In this document: positions 47,748 to 58,057 of the stretch, one piece after another
Position numbering within the stretch: the stretch's first letter is position 1
How the letters are laid out: every line of letters begins with the position of its first letter
Assembly (NCBI GenBank): GCA_049969715.1
Contig: JBMFOH010000007.1
Location: 10,284-74,283, forward strand
Direction of reading: 5' to 3'
DNA from: a bacterium
Lineage (GTDB): Bacteria; DUMJ01
Length of the DNA stretch: 64,000 nucleotides
Position numbers and translations under genes: made by a program
The notes under the pieces: model-generated
The model's database searches: none
The model's input: only the letters and a program-made list of their open reading frames with translations
What the model was told of the DNA's origin: nothing

Positions 47748-50021
47748 ATGGAATTAAAAGACTTGAAACCTGGCTATCATCTCTGTTGGATATACAAAGA
47801 TGAGGAGGAGCTCTATTCTTCAATAGTTCAACTGGTTCTTTCAGGCCTTGAGAATAACGAAAGGGTGGTCTATATAAATGAAATGGAAGAGCTCAAAAGA
47901 TTTAAAGACTCCTCTAAAGAGATAATCCCTTATCTAGAGAAGGGGCAGCTCCTTCTCTTTGCCCCCAAGGAGGCTTATCTTTCCTCCAAAGATTTCTCTT
48001 TAGAAAAACTCTTTCAAGGATACCCATTTTTAAGAGTAATTAGTGAGGCTTCTAGCATCTTAAAAGATGTCTCTCTAGATTCTATTCTAAAATATGAAGC
48101 TAGTGTCAATGACCTTCCATATAGTGATAAGGTCCTAGCAGTATGTCTCTACGGTAGAAGAAAGATAAGCACAGATATCTTACTTCAGGCACTCCAGACC
48201 CATCCATTAGTAATGATAAAGAGCAAGGTATATAGTAATTTCTACTATATACCACCAAGGGAACTTTTAGGAGATAGGATAGAGGCTACTTTTAATAACT
48301 GGTTAAGACATATTGAGAATGCAACTGCCTTAGAGAAAGAGATAGAAGGCCTTCAGAATCTCTATCAAGCCATCTTTGAGAATACAGGGACATCGACAAT
48401 AATAGTAGAGGAAGATACAACCATATCTCTAGTGAACAGAGCATTTGAAGAAATGTTTGGGTTTAAGAAGGAAGAGATAGAAGGGAAGAGAAGCTGGCAA
48501 GAGTTCGTCTATAGTAGAGAAGACCTAGAAAGGATGAGAGAGTATCATAGATTGAGGCGTATAAATCCAGGACTTGCCCCTAAAAGGTATGAAACCAGAT
48601 TAAAGGATAAAGACGGTAATGTAAAGGATGCATGGATTACAGTGGACATAATCCCTGGGAGTAAAAAAAGTATAGTATCTATACTAGACATAACGGAGTT
48701 AAAAAGAACTAATAGGCTCTTAAAGATGCTCTCAGAGGTAAATCAGATGTTGGTTAGGGCAAAAGACAAGGAAGAGTTATTAGGAAGAACCCTAGAGATA
48801 ATAAAAATTGCTGGAGGATACGAGGATGTCTCCATAGATCCAAAAGAGACCAACGTATTAAAGGTGTATAGAGAAAAAGGATTAGATACCAATGAGTTGA
48901 GAATTCTAGGTGAACTTAGTGAAGATGTTAAGTATGGACTTTCTACATTAGAGACAAAGAAGAGATATGAAATCCTATGGAGGAATGCCCCTATCGCTCT
49001 ATTAGAGGAAGACTTTACTGAAGTAGTAGAACATATAAATAATCTAAGAGCCCAAGGAATAAAGGACTTAGAAACATATCTCAACGAACACCCTGAGGAA
49101 TTAGAAACCTTAGCAGGCAAGATAAGGATTATAAACATAAACAATGCAGGATTAGACTTGTTCAAGGCAAAGGATATGGAAGAGATTGAAAATATCATCA
49201 AGGTTATATCTAGAGAGGGGCTTAATGAATTCAAAAAAGAAGTAATTGATATCGGTAATGGCTTACAGTCTGGAGGCTTTAAAAGTATAAACTACAATCT
49301 TCTAGGAGAAAAGATGTATATCTACCTAAGATGGTTTATTATCCCAGAGTATAGAGAAAACCTGTTTAGAGCTATAATAGCTATAATAGATATAACAGAG
49401 AGGACGCTCTTAGAGGAAGAGTTAAGGAAGCTTGTCAATGAGCTTAAGACAGCATTTGAAGAAACAGTCAATACACTCTCTTCTGTAATAGAGATAAGAG
49501 ACCTATATACATCAGGGCACCAAAAGAAGGTAGCAGAGTTATCATCTAAGATAGGAGAAAAAATGGGGTTAAGTGGTAATAGTGTAGAACTTTTAAGGAT
49601 AGCAGGACTATTACATGATATAGGGAAGATAAGTATTCCAGGAGACATATTAAATAAGCCTGGAAAATTGACCCCTTTAGAATTTGAAATAGTTAAAAAT
49701 CACCCTAGCTTAGGATATACGATACTGAAAAATATAAGTTACTTTCCTGAACTAGCTAAGATTGTTCTACAACATCATGAAAGAATAGATGGCTCAGGAT
49801 ATCCTCAAGGGCTAAAAGGTGGAGAGATACTTCTAGAGGCAAGGATCTTAGCAGTAGCCGATGTAGTTGAGGCAATGACCTCTCATAGACCATACAGAGC
49901 TGCCCATCCTTTAGAGGAAGCTCTAGAAGAGATAAGAAAAAATAGAGGTAAACTCTATGATCCAGATGTGGTAGATATCTGTTTGAAACTATTCGAAGAG
50001 GGGTTTAGGTTCTCACAGTGA
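47748..50021 (+). CDS. MEDS-domain / PAS / HD-GYP signalling protein (c-di-GMP phosphodiesterase-type)
   Basis: The N-terminal HLCWIY..EEEL pattern is MEDS-like and there are central PAS repeats. The C-terminal part has HDIGKI ... HHERIDGSGYP (HD-GYP). Confidence 0.7.
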   Translation: MELKDLKPGYHLCWIYKDEEELYSSIVQLVLSGLENNERVVYINEMEELKRFKDSSKEIIPYLEKGQLLLFAPKEAYLSSKDFSLEKLFQGYPFLRVISEASSILKDVSLDSILKYEASVNDLPYSDKVLAVCLYGRRKISTDILLQALQTHPLVMIKSKVYSNFYYIPPRELLGDRIEATFNNWLRHIENATALEKEIEGLQNLYQAIFENTGTSTIIVEEDTTISLVNRAFEEMFGFKKEEIEGKRSWQEFVYSREDLERMREYHRLRRINPGLAPKRYETRLKDKDGNVKDAWITVDIIPGSKKSIVSILDITELKRTNRLLKMLSEVNQMLVRAKDKEELLGRTLEIIKIAGGYEDVSIDPKETNVLKVYREKGLDTNELRILGELSEDVKYGLSTLETKKRYEILWRNAPIALLEEDFTEVVEHINNLRAQGIKDLETYLNEHPEELETLAGKIRIININNAGLDLFKAKDMEEIENIIKVISREGLNEFKKEVIDIGNGLQSGGFKSINYNLLGEKMYIYLRWFIIPEYRENLFRAIIAIIDITERTLLEEELRKLVNELKTAFEETVNTLSSVIEIRDLYTSGHQKKVAELSSKIGEKMGLSGNSVELLRIAGLLHDIGKISIPGDILNKPGKLTPLEFEIVKNHPSLGYTILKNISYFPELAKIVLQHHERIDGSGYPQGLKGGEILLEARILAVADVVEAMTSHRPYRAAHPLEEALEEIRKNRGKLYDPDVVDICLKLFEEGFRFSQ

Positions 50022-50022
50022 T

Positions 50023-50691
50023 ATGAGGGTCCTATTAGTAGAAGATGATGAGCATATAGTTGACTTTCTGAAGAGGGGATTGAAGGAAGAAGGATTTGTA
50101 GTTGAAGTAGCCTATAATGGAGAGGATGGACTATATTTAGCAGAGAACGAAGAGTTCGACCTAATCATTCTAGATATACTTCTCCCTAAATTGGATGGAT
50201 TTGAGCTCTGTAATAGATTAAGAACAAAAGGAAATTCTACCCCTATCCTTATGCTAACTGCTAAGGACGATATAGAGGATAGGGTTCACGGTCTAAATAT
50301 AGGAGCAGATGATTATCTTGTCAAGCCCTTTGCATTTGAAGAGCTTCTGGCTCGCATCCGTGCTGTACTTAGAAGACAAAAGAATATTGAAGGTTCTATC
50401 CTTAGGGTAGGAGACCTTACGCTTAATCTCCTCACAAGAGAGGTCAAAAGAGGAGGAAAGAGTATAGAACTTACAACGCGAGAGTTTGAACTTCTAAAGT
50501 TTCTGATGTATCATCCAGGTCAGGTTCTCTCTAGAACTCAGATAGCAGAACATGTATGGAGCTATAATTTTGATTATTTCTCTAACATTGTAGACGTTTA
50601 TATAAGATATCTAAGAGAAAAGATAGATGAACCTTTTGAACATAAACTTATTCATACAGTAAGAGGTGTAGGTTATAAGATACAGGAATGA
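50023..50691 (+). CDS. OmpR-family response regulator
   Basis: Receiver domain (LLVEDDE ... ILD ... LTAK) plus a winged-helix output domain. Confidence 0.85.
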   Translation: MRVLLVEDDEHIVDFLKRGLKEEGFVVEVAYNGEDGLYLAENEEFDLIILDILLPKLDGFELCNRLRTKGNSTPILMLTAKDDIEDRVHGLNIGADDYLVKPFAFEELLARIRAVLRRQKNIEGSILRVGDLTLNLLTREVKRGGKSIELTTREFELLKFLMYHPGQVLSRTQIAEHVWSYNFDYFSNIVDVYIRYLREKIDEPFEHKLIHTVRGVGYKIQE

Positions 50692-52058
50692 AATTAGAGA
50701 GTATTAGGACTAAACTTACACTATGGTACATATTCCTCCTGGGTATTACCCTTTTTATATTCATATCGATTGTATATGAGAGCTTTAATTTCCTATCTTA
50801 CAAAGATATAGACCAGTCTATCCAAACAATAGCGACTTCTATAGAAGAGGACATATTGATAGTAGATGGGAAGATTGTTCTCTTTGAGATAGAGAGGCCA
50901 TCCTCTTTTTCCAACACATTTGTCCTCTTATTTGACAAGGAAGGAAAACCACTTATAAATATATCCTTTCCCTATCAAGAAGACCTAATAAAGTTTGCCC
51001 TTAAAGGTAAGGAATCCTACTCTACCATAGAAAATAGAGGAGAACGGTTCAGAATATATACCAGTGCCATCAGAGATAACAATACCAATATAGTAGGAGC
51101 TATACAGGTTATTATGTCTCTCTCTAGCGTAGAGAAGAGTCTAAATAAACTATTGATGGTACTCCTCTTTTCTGTTCCTATACTCCTTGTCATAGCCAGT
51201 TTTGGGGGTAATATACTAGCCAAGAATGCCTTAGAACCTATAGATAAGATTGTAGATATGACTCATTCTATAGAGACAGAGAGCTTAGATAAAAGACTTC
51301 CAATAATAAGCAGTGATATAGAGATCCGAAGACTAATAGAAACATTAAACGAAATGTTAGAAAGGATAGAAAGAGGATTCAAACGTGAGAAGCAACTTAC
51401 CCAGGATGTATCACATGAGCTAAGAGCCCCCCTTACTACAATAAAAGGGAATATCAGTCTGGCTCTCAGAAAGGACCGCCCCATAGAGGAATATGTTTCA
51501 ATACTACAAGAGGTAGAAAGGGAAGTAGATTATATGTCCTGTATGATAGACGAACTGTTATTCTTAGCTAGAGAGGATGAACTAACTCAGAGGAGATACT
51601 TTAAAGAGGTCTTGTTAAATGCCCTTATAGAAGAGATATACCTTGAATCTCTTCCATTGGCTAAAGAAAAAGATCTCTCATTAAGTTTAAAATTACCAAC
51701 ATCTCAGATAATAGTAAAAGGAAACAGTAGCAGTCTAGAAAGATTATTTAGAAATCTTATAGAGAATGCATTAAAATATACTCCAAGTGGGGGGAGAATC
51801 GAGATAATTGTAGGGATAGAAGAAAATCTTGTAAAGGTTGATATAAAAGATACAGGAATAGGAATCTCTCAAGAGGATATACCACATATATTTGAGAGAT
51901 TCTATAGGGCAGATAAATCGAGACATAGGGGAGGGTTTGGCTTGGGATTGGCTATTGCCCATGCAATAGCCAAATCTCACAATGGTGAGATAAGGGTAGA
52001 AAGTTCTAAAGATAAGGGAAGCACTTTTACTGTCTTACTTCCTATTATAAAAAAATAG
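50688..52058 (+). CDS. sensor histidine kinase (HAMP-HisKA-HATPase)
   Basis: TM helices, the H-box SHELRAPL, the N/G-boxes and GGFGLGLAIA. Confidence 0.85.
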   Translation: MKLESIRTKLTLWYIFLLGITLFIFISIVYESFNFLSYKDIDQSIQTIATSIEEDILIVDGKIVLFEIERPSSFSNTFVLLFDKEGKPLINISFPYQEDLIKFALKGKESYSTIENRGERFRIYTSAIRDNNTNIVGAIQVIMSLSSVEKSLNKLLMVLLFSVPILLVIASFGGNILAKNALEPIDKIVDMTHSIETESLDKRLPIISSDIEIRRLIETLNEMLERIERGFKREKQLTQDVSHELRAPLTTIKGNISLALRKDRPIEEYVSILQEVEREVDYMSCMIDELLFLAREDELTQRRYFKEVLLNALIEEIYLESLPLAKEKDLSLSLKLPTSQIIVKGNSSSLERLFRNLIENALKYTPSGGRIEIIVGIEENLVKVDIKDTGIGISQEDIPHIFERFYRADKSRHRGGFGLGLAIAHAIAKSHNGEIRVESSKDKGSTFTVLLPIIKK

Positions 52059-52081
52059 CCCAAGGGGGACTCCCTTGGGCT
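52045..52081 (-). terminator. intrinsic terminator hairpin (10-bp GC-rich stem) between convergent genes
   Basis: AGCCCAAGGG-ggact-CCCTTGGGCT. On the minus strand it is followed by a U-tract (revcomp of TTATAAAAAAAT). It probably also terminates the + strand kinase gene. Confidence 0.6.
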
Positions 52082-52095
52082 CAGAAAGGGGAGTT

Positions 52096-52503
52096 TTACT
52101 TCTTGCTAATTATATCTATCTCTGAAGCTACAAAAGTATCTGGAGTGCCTTTAACAATAGTACCTCTTACTGTTATCAGTTCCTTCTCCTTTAGAGTAGA
52201 AAACTCTACTGCATTACCTTTCTTTAGTATAGTCCGATTCTTACTCCGTTCTAAGGTAGCTAGGAATATCTTGGTATCCTTATTGACCTGGATGGTAAGT
52301 TCTCTATCTTTACCTACATACCCCTTAAGGCTTATACTGTAACTTCTTACCTTTACTTTAAAGGTATCTCCAGGTCCTACAGCTACCACATTTCCAGTAA
52401 GAGTGAACCTCTTTACTGTAGACTTTGTTGCTGCAAAAGCCACTGACGTTAGCACTAATGAAACCAGTATAACGGTCATCACTAAAGCCTTTGCTAGTTT
52501 CAT
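52096..52503 (-). CDS. secreted beta-rich hypothetical protein
   Basis: Signal peptide (LVLTSVAFAA) and a 135-aa Lys/Thr-rich beta-type composition. Confidence 0.4.
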   Translation of the reverse strand: MKLAKALVMTVILVSLVLTSVAFAATKSTVKRFTLTGNVVAVGPGDTFKVKVRSYSISLKGYVGKDRELTIQVNKDTKIFLATLERSKNRTILKKGNAVEFSTLKEKELITVRGTIVKGTPDTFVASEIDIISKK

Positions 52504-52588
52504 CCTACATCACCTCCAATAGCTTTATCTACTATGTATAGGATAACAGATAAAGATTAAATGAACATTAAAATACTATTAGAGGTTT

Positions 52589-52966
52589 TTAATCTTCTGT
52601 CCAAGCTATACTACTCATATAAGCCAGATTGGGCTGTCTGGTATCAAGCCTAGAATGCTGTACTATTATCTTCGTATCGCTTTCTACTTTTATGGCAAAC
52701 GGAACCCCGACATCTAACCTTACCCCTAATATCTCTTCAGCCTTATCCAATCTTACATGCCATGTTCTCTCAGGTAAAATTATTATCTCCTTAGATTCTA
52801 TAGGTTCTCTATCCTCAAAGTAAAAGGTAAATCTCACCCTTGCCTGTTTCTTATTTACGTTCAGTATGCAGGTAGCCTCATGACTTGGAAGGTCAGGGTC
52901 TCCAACTGGTGGAAGATATCCATCAGGAATTAACCAGACATTTGCTCCTATCTCTCTATCTGACAT
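52589..52966 (-). CDS. sensory-rhodopsin-transducer-like (ASRT/TM1070 family) beta-sandwich protein
   Basis: The 125-aa size and sequence pattern match the Thermotoga TM1070 / Anabaena ASRT family as I recall it. Confidence 0.45.
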   Translation of the reverse strand: MSDREIGANVWLIPDGYLPPVGDPDLPSHEATCILNVNKKQARVRFTFYFEDREPIESKEIIILPERTWHVRLDKAEEILGVRLDVGVPFAIKVESDTKIIVQHSRLDTRQPNLAYMSSIAWTED

Positions 52967-52994
52967 CTTTACCTCCTATATTATAAATTTCAAT

Positions 52995-53981
52995 CTAATC
53001 CTCTCTTTCTCCTCTCGGGTCTATATGGACGGATATCTCTGAGCTTTCAAGTTTACTCTTCAATCTGTCCTGGACCTCTAATGCTATTCTATGCGCCTCT
53101 TTGGCAGAGAGGTTCTCTCTTACCACAATATGTAAAGAAACCACCTTATTACTCTGGTAATCATGAACTAATATATCATGAAAACTCAATACCCCAGGGA
53201 CAGAAAGTACAATTCTACCTATCTCATCTATGAGTTCTTTGCTAGGGGCTTCTCCAATAAGAAAGCTAGAAGATGACCTTATTAGGTCTATACCAACCCA
53301 GCCCAAGAGAATCACTACACCTAGCCCAAGGATACCATCTAAGGAGTAGAAATTAAATCTTACGAATAAGAGCCCTAAACCTACTAGGAGAGAAGCTATA
53401 GCATCACTCCTATGGTGCCATGCATCAGCTATAAGTGTAATGGAGTTTACCTTCTTACCAAGAAATATGGAGAACCTTGCCATCCACTCTTTAAAGAGAG
53501 CAGAAATCACCATAAATAGAACTATCCAGATATTAAACTCTACCTTCTGGGGATTTAATATCCTTTCTATAGAGGTCTTACCTAAGTCATAGGCTACTAT
53601 CAACAGCATAAAAGCAATTATCAGAGTAGCTATCTGTTCTATCTTACCATGACCAAATGGATGTTCCTTATCAGGTGGTATCTCTCCTAGCTTAAACCCA
53701 AATAAAACTACTATGGAGGTTAATACATCTGAAAGGGAATGAAAAGCGTCAGCTATCAATGCTATACTATTCAGTGCTATTCCAAACATAAATTTAAAGA
53801 TAAAGAGTAAGACATTTCCGACAATACTCACCCATGCCTCTAAATATCCTATAGACCTTCTTGAAGCCTCTCCCTTAGGGAAAAGCCTATTTAAAAGCCA
53901 GGCATTAAAATACATAATAAGATTTCCCTCCTTTATCAGAAAATTTTTAGGAAGTCCTGCAGTGACTAGACTGCTGCTCAA
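52995..53981 (-). CDS. cation diffusion facilitator (CDF) family metal efflux transporter
   Basis: Six TM helices with HSLSDV and DAWHHRSDA motifs, plus a C-terminal cytoplasmic domain. Confidence 0.8.
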   Translation of the reverse strand: MSSSLVTAGLPKNFLIKEGNLIMYFNAWLLNRLFPKGEASRRSIGYLEAWVSIVGNVLLFIFKFMFGIALNSIALIADAFHSLSDVLTSIVVLFGFKLGEIPPDKEHPFGHGKIEQIATLIIAFMLLIVAYDLGKTSIERILNPQKVEFNIWIVLFMVISALFKEWMARFSIFLGKKVNSITLIADAWHHRSDAIASLLVGLGLLFVRFNFYSLDGILGLGVVILLGWVGIDLIRSSSSFLIGEAPSKELIDEIGRIVLSVPGVLSFHDILVHDYQSNKVVSLHIVVRENLSAKEAHRIALEVQDRLKSKLESSEISVHIDPRGERED

Positions 53982-54146
53982 AAGAGCCCGGCTTTACCTG
54001 TTCCTCCTCAAGAAGGATATTTTAATCCAATACAATATTTTGTCAAGAGCCTACAACTACGTAACTGTTGCAAAACTGGTTGATAAGTTAATTTAATATT
54101 ATGAAAATTGTAACTTCGTCCACCATTTATACAACAGTTATACTAC

Positions 54147-54953
54147 TTAAAATTCAATAAGTTGATACGTTCTCTTATCAAATATAGCGAAGTATCTAAA
54201 ACCGATATCCTTAGCCAAAAGATAAGAGTCTTTAATATATTTACCTGCGTCCTCTGGCAGATGGGCATCTGAGCCAAATGTAAGAGGAATATTATAGGAA
54301 GATAACACCTTGAGAAACCCTGGTGAAGGATATATCTCCTTAACTGGTCTTCTAAGGCCTGAGGTATTTATCTCTACAAAAACATTGGATTTAGAGATGA
54401 CTTCGCTCACATCTAAGTAGACATCAGTTATATTCTCTGGGAGAGGAACCCCCCATAGTTTGATCAGGTCTAGATGAGCTAAGATATCAAACAGCCCACT
54501 CCGAGCTGCCATCTTCACTCTTATGAAATAATCCAAAAATATCTCTTTCAAATTTCCATTCCATCTAGGGTCTTGAGGGTCTATATCGAAACCGAACCCC
54601 TTCTCTAACCAATGGACTGAACCCAAGACATAATCAAAGACATCATATTCGTCAAGGAAATCCCTGATCTCCCTCTCTTTATCTGGGAGGTAATCCATCT
54701 CTAACCCTACCTTTACTGGATAGTTCTTCTTTAGCTCTTCTAAAAAACTAACATACTCTTCAATGGTAGAATCACACCACTTTTCAGTATAGGGTAAAGA
54801 CTCATATATCTTCCTTGCTTCTTTAAATCTATGAGCATGTTCACTTATTCCAATCTCATCTATCCCTCTTTCTTTCTCATTCTGAAAGAATTCCTCCCAC
54901 CACATCAAAGAAAATGGCCCCTTCTCTAGATGTATATGGTAATCAATAGTCAA
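54147..54953 (-). CDS. PHP-family histidinol-phosphatase-like hydrolase
   Basis: IDYHIHL N-terminus and His/Asp-rich PHP motifs across 268 aa. Confidence 0.65.
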   Translation of the reverse strand: MTIDYHIHLEKGPFSLMWWEEFFQNEKERGIDEIGISEHAHRFKEARKIYESLPYTEKWCDSTIEEYVSFLEELKKNYPVKVGLEMDYLPDKEREIRDFLDEYDVFDYVLGSVHWLEKGFGFDIDPQDPRWNGNLKEIFLDYFIRVKMAARSGLFDILAHLDLIKLWGVPLPENITDVYLDVSEVISKSNVFVEINTSGLRRPVKEIYPSPGFLKVLSSYNIPLTFGSDAHLPEDAGKYIKDSYLLAKDIGFRYFAIFDKRTYQLIEF

Positions 54954-54969
54954 TACCTAAAACCTCCTT

Positions 54970-55608
54970 CTAAAATTCTTCTATAGCTACTGCTCTTACC
55001 GGGGAGCCGTCACCACCTCTAATCTTAAGGGGTAAGGCTATAAAGAATATCTTGTCCTTTGTTACCTGGTCTAGATGAGCTAAAGCCTCTACTACTATTA
55101 TCCCTCCAGCAAGAAGTGTCTGGTGAAGTTTTTTATTGTCTACAGGATTTATAGTTGGAGTCTCAAGTCCTATGAGAGAAACCCCTCTTTCTACAAACCA
55201 TTTAGCAAGTTCATAGCTTATTCTAGGCTGTTCCTTAAAATATCTCTTCTCAGGAAGAGCCTTATACCAATCTGTCCTTAAAAGTAATTTTACCCCTGGA
55301 GTTATCTTATCCTCGTAACCTTTGAAATCATCTGGAGTTATATCCTCTGCTGCCTTTTTATAACTTAGGTCTATAAGATATGCCTCTCCAATAAACCTCT
55401 CTGGTGGAACCTTCTCAATTGAATCCCCTCCATCTACAAAGTGTAAAGGGACATCAAGATGTGTTCCCGTATGACTTCCCAATAGTATCTGGGTGAGATT
55501 GTATCCATCGGAGTCAATAGTCTTATACTTCATAAAGAATACACTAGGGTCTCCTGGGTATACAGGCATCTTATCATAGACATCAAGAGAAAGGTCTATA
55601 ACCTTCAT
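54970..55608 (-). CDS. cyclase-family protein (kynurenine formamidase-like)
   Basis: HTGTHLD motif and a 212-aa size. Confidence 0.65.
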   Translation of the reverse strand: MKVIDLSLDVYDKMPVYPGDPSVFFMKYKTIDSDGYNLTQILLGSHTGTHLDVPLHFVDGGDSIEKVPPERFIGEAYLIDLSYKKAAEDITPDDFKGYEDKITPGVKLLLRTDWYKALPEKRYFKEQPRISYELAKWFVERGVSLIGLETPTINPVDNKKLHQTLLAGGIIVVEALAHLDQVTKDKIFFIALPLKIRGGDGSPVRAVAIEEF

Positions 55609-55613
55609 TTGTA

Positions 55614-56384
55614 TTACCTCCTATTCAGTAAAAATATTATAATCAGTAGACTTAGAATCAATCTGTAATAAGTAAATATGGTAACGTTATGTCTTTTTAG
55701 GTATGTAAGCATAAAGTGAACAGCTAGATATCCAAATATAAAACTAAAAAGGATTCCCAAAAGGACAGTACCTATTGGAATAACCTCTCCACCCTTAATA
55801 ATCTTAAGAAAAGAAACCCCGCCTGCACCAAGTATAATTGGTACAGAGAGGAGGAAGGAAAATCTTGCTGAATCTTCCCTCTTTAGATTGCATAGGAATG
55901 CTCCAGTTAAGGTAGCTCCTGAGCGAGAGACACCAGGAATAACAGCAAACATCTGGCTAATACCTATGATTAATGCCTCTCTTATCCCTATATTATCTAT
56001 AGAAACATTGTGTCTACTCCATCTATCAACTAAAAGCAGGATAACCCCAAATACACTAAGGGTTATCGCCATAAGAAAGGGGGACCTAAAGTATGTCTCA
56101 GCGGCATTCTCTAAGAAAAAACCTGCTATAGCTCCAGGAATAGTTGCAATGATAATAAGGAGCAAGAGGTCCCTTCTCTCTACAAGAATCTTATACCAGT
56201 CTCTCCACATATATGCAATAAGAGCTAACAGTGTCCCTAGATGAAGAGCCATATCAAAACTCAGCCCTAGATCAGGCCAATTTAAAAAGTCTCTCACTAG
56301 AAAGAGATGAGCAGTACTACTTACAGGGATAAATTCTGTTAAACCTTGTATTACGCCTAATAGGATAACCCTCGGTGTTTCCAT
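55614..56384 (-). CDS. uppP: undecaprenyl-diphosphate phosphatase
   Basis: GLTEFIPVSSTAHL and PGVSRSG motifs with 8 TM helices. Confidence 0.85.
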   Translation of the reverse strand: METPRVILLGVIQGLTEFIPVSSTAHLFLVRDFLNWPDLGLSFDMALHLGTLLALIAYMWRDWYKILVERRDLLLLIIIATIPGAIAGFFLENAAETYFRSPFLMAITLSVFGVILLLVDRWSRHNVSIDNIGIREALIIGISQMFAVIPGVSRSGATLTGAFLCNLKREDSARFSFLLSVPIILGAGGVSFLKIIKGGEVIPIGTVLLGILFSFIFGYLAVHFMLTYLKRHNVTIFTYYRLILSLLIIIFLLNRR

Positions 56385-57304
56385 AGCAGCTCTCCTAGAT
56401 ACCTCTCCGCACTGTTAGCAGCTATTGCTCCATCCCCCACAGCAGTAGCTAACTGCCTGAAAGCTGTATTCCTCACGTCTCCGGCTGCAAATATCCCAGG
56501 AACATTAGTTCTCATCATAGTATCAGTAATTACATAACCATTTTCATCTAATTGAACCAGTCCTTTAACAATAGAAGAATTGGGGATACTTCCTATATAG
56601 ATAAATATCCCTTCCACTTCAAGTTCTGTCTCCTCTTGAGTCTTCACATTGGAAAGTTTAATTTTTTCCACCTTTTTATCGCCTCTTATCTCTTTTACTA
56701 TAGTATCCCATATAAAATTAATCTTTGGGTTAGAAAAAGCCCTCTCTTGAAGTATCTTCTCTGCTCTCAACTGTGCTCTCCTATGGATTACATACACCTT
56801 ACTAGTAAATCGAGTAAGATAAATAGCTTCATCAATAGCAGAATCCCCCCCACCAACTACCGCTACTACCTTATCCCTATAGAATGCCCCATCACATACG
56901 GCACAGTAAGATACCCCTCTTCCTGTAAACTCTTTCTCTCCAGGGACATTTAACTCTCTAGGAGATGTCCCGGTAGCGACTATTACAGCCTTTGCCAGAA
57001 ACACCCCGTCTTCTGTCTCTATCTGAAAACCATCTTCATCTTTAATGATCCTAGTTACTGGCCTACTACTAATAATCTTTGTGCCAAACCTTTCTGCTTG
57101 AGCTTCTAGCCTCTCGGCAAAATCTGGCCCGCTTATTCCTTCTGGAAAGCCAGGATAGTTTTCTATAAAAGTGGTAAGGACTGGGGTACCTCCAGGCAAC
57201 ATCTTTTCAATCACCAATGTCTCTATAAGAGCTCTAGATGTGTATATAGCTGCAGTAAGGCCCGCAGGTCCTCCTCCTATAATTACTAGATCAGACCTCT
57301 CCAT
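56357..57304 (-). CDS. trxB: thioredoxin-disulfide reductase
   Basis: GGGPAGLTAA FAD motif, the redox CAVCDG, and the GGGDSA NADPH motif. Confidence 0.85.
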   Translation of the reverse strand: MERSDLVIIGGGPAGLTAAIYTSRALIETLVIEKMLPGGTPVLTTFIENYPGFPEGISGPDFAERLEAQAERFGTKIISSRPVTRIIKDEDGFQIETEDGVFLAKAVIVATGTSPRELNVPGEKEFTGRGVSYCAVCDGAFYRDKVVAVVGGGDSAIDEAIYLTRFTSKVYVIHRRAQLRAEKILQERAFSNPKINFIWDTIVKEIRGDKKVEKIKLSNVKTQEETELEVEGIFIYIGSIPNSSIVKGLVQLDENGYVITDTMMRTNVPGIFAAGDVRNTAFRQLATAVGDGAIAANSAERYLGELLWKHRGLSY

Positions 57305-57645
57305 TACAACACCTCTGAGAGCTTATTAACTAGGGTCTTCTTAGAGACATATCCAATTATCTCTGAAACGACACTACCACCTTTAAAGATAAGAAGGGTA
57401 GGGATAGCCTGGATATTGTACCGAATAGCTAGGTTAGGATTCTCATCTACATTTACCTTTACAGCCTTAATCTTATCAGACATCTCCCTAGCTACCTCCT
57501 CCACTATAGGACTCAACATCTTGCAGGGCATACACCATTCTGCCCAGAAGTCTACTATTACAGGTATAGAGGAGTTCAATATCTCTTGGTCAAAGTCCTT
57601 CTCTGTTAACTCCTTCGCCTCATTAGAAAAGTTTTTTAAACTCAT
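57304..57645 (-). CDS. thioredoxin with atypical WCMPC active site
   Basis: FWAEWCMPCK active site in a 113-aa Trx fold. Confidence 0.75.
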   Translation of the reverse strand: MSLKNFSNEAKELTEKDFDQEILNSSIPVIVDFWAEWCMPCKMLSPIVEEVAREMSDKIKAVKVNVDENPNLAIRYNIQAIPTLLIFKGGSVVSEIIGYVSKKTLVNKLSEVL

Positions 57646-58048
57646 TCTCCATTACCTCCATTTCTTGGTATCCTATCAGTTTATCTACTACAACACCTTT
57701 ACGGTTGATTAATATGTACGTAGGGATACTTACTATTCCGAACTTAAGATTGAGATTGTTGTTCTGAGGGTTATCTACATCTACCTTTACTATATACACC
57801 TTATCCTTATACTTTGCCTCTAATGTCTTCATTATAGGTTCCATAGCCTTGCAAGGTGGACACCAATCCGCATAGAAATCTATAACAACAGCCTTCTTCC
57901 CCTTTATATACTCCTGGATAAGTTGGTCCGCAGTCTTCTTGGTATTTGTTCCTTTCACGTTGAAACCAAATCCATACAGTATACTTATACCTAGGGATAT
58001 AACCACAAAAACTATAATAACAGAAGCAACAATCTTATTCTTCTTCAT
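57623..58048 (-). CDS. membrane-anchored thioredoxin-like protein with WCPPC active site
   Basis: N-terminal TM (IVASVIIVFVVISLGISILYGF) followed by a Trx fold with WCPPCK. Confidence 0.7.
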   Translation of the reverse strand: MKKNKIVASVIIVFVVISLGISILYGFGFNVKGTNTKKTADQLIQEYIKGKKAVVIDFYADWCPPCKAMEPIMKTLEAKYKDKVYIVKVDVDNPQNNNLNLKFGIVSIPTYILINRKGVVVDKLIGYQEMEVMENEFKKLF

Positions 58049-58057
58049 ACACTCCTC

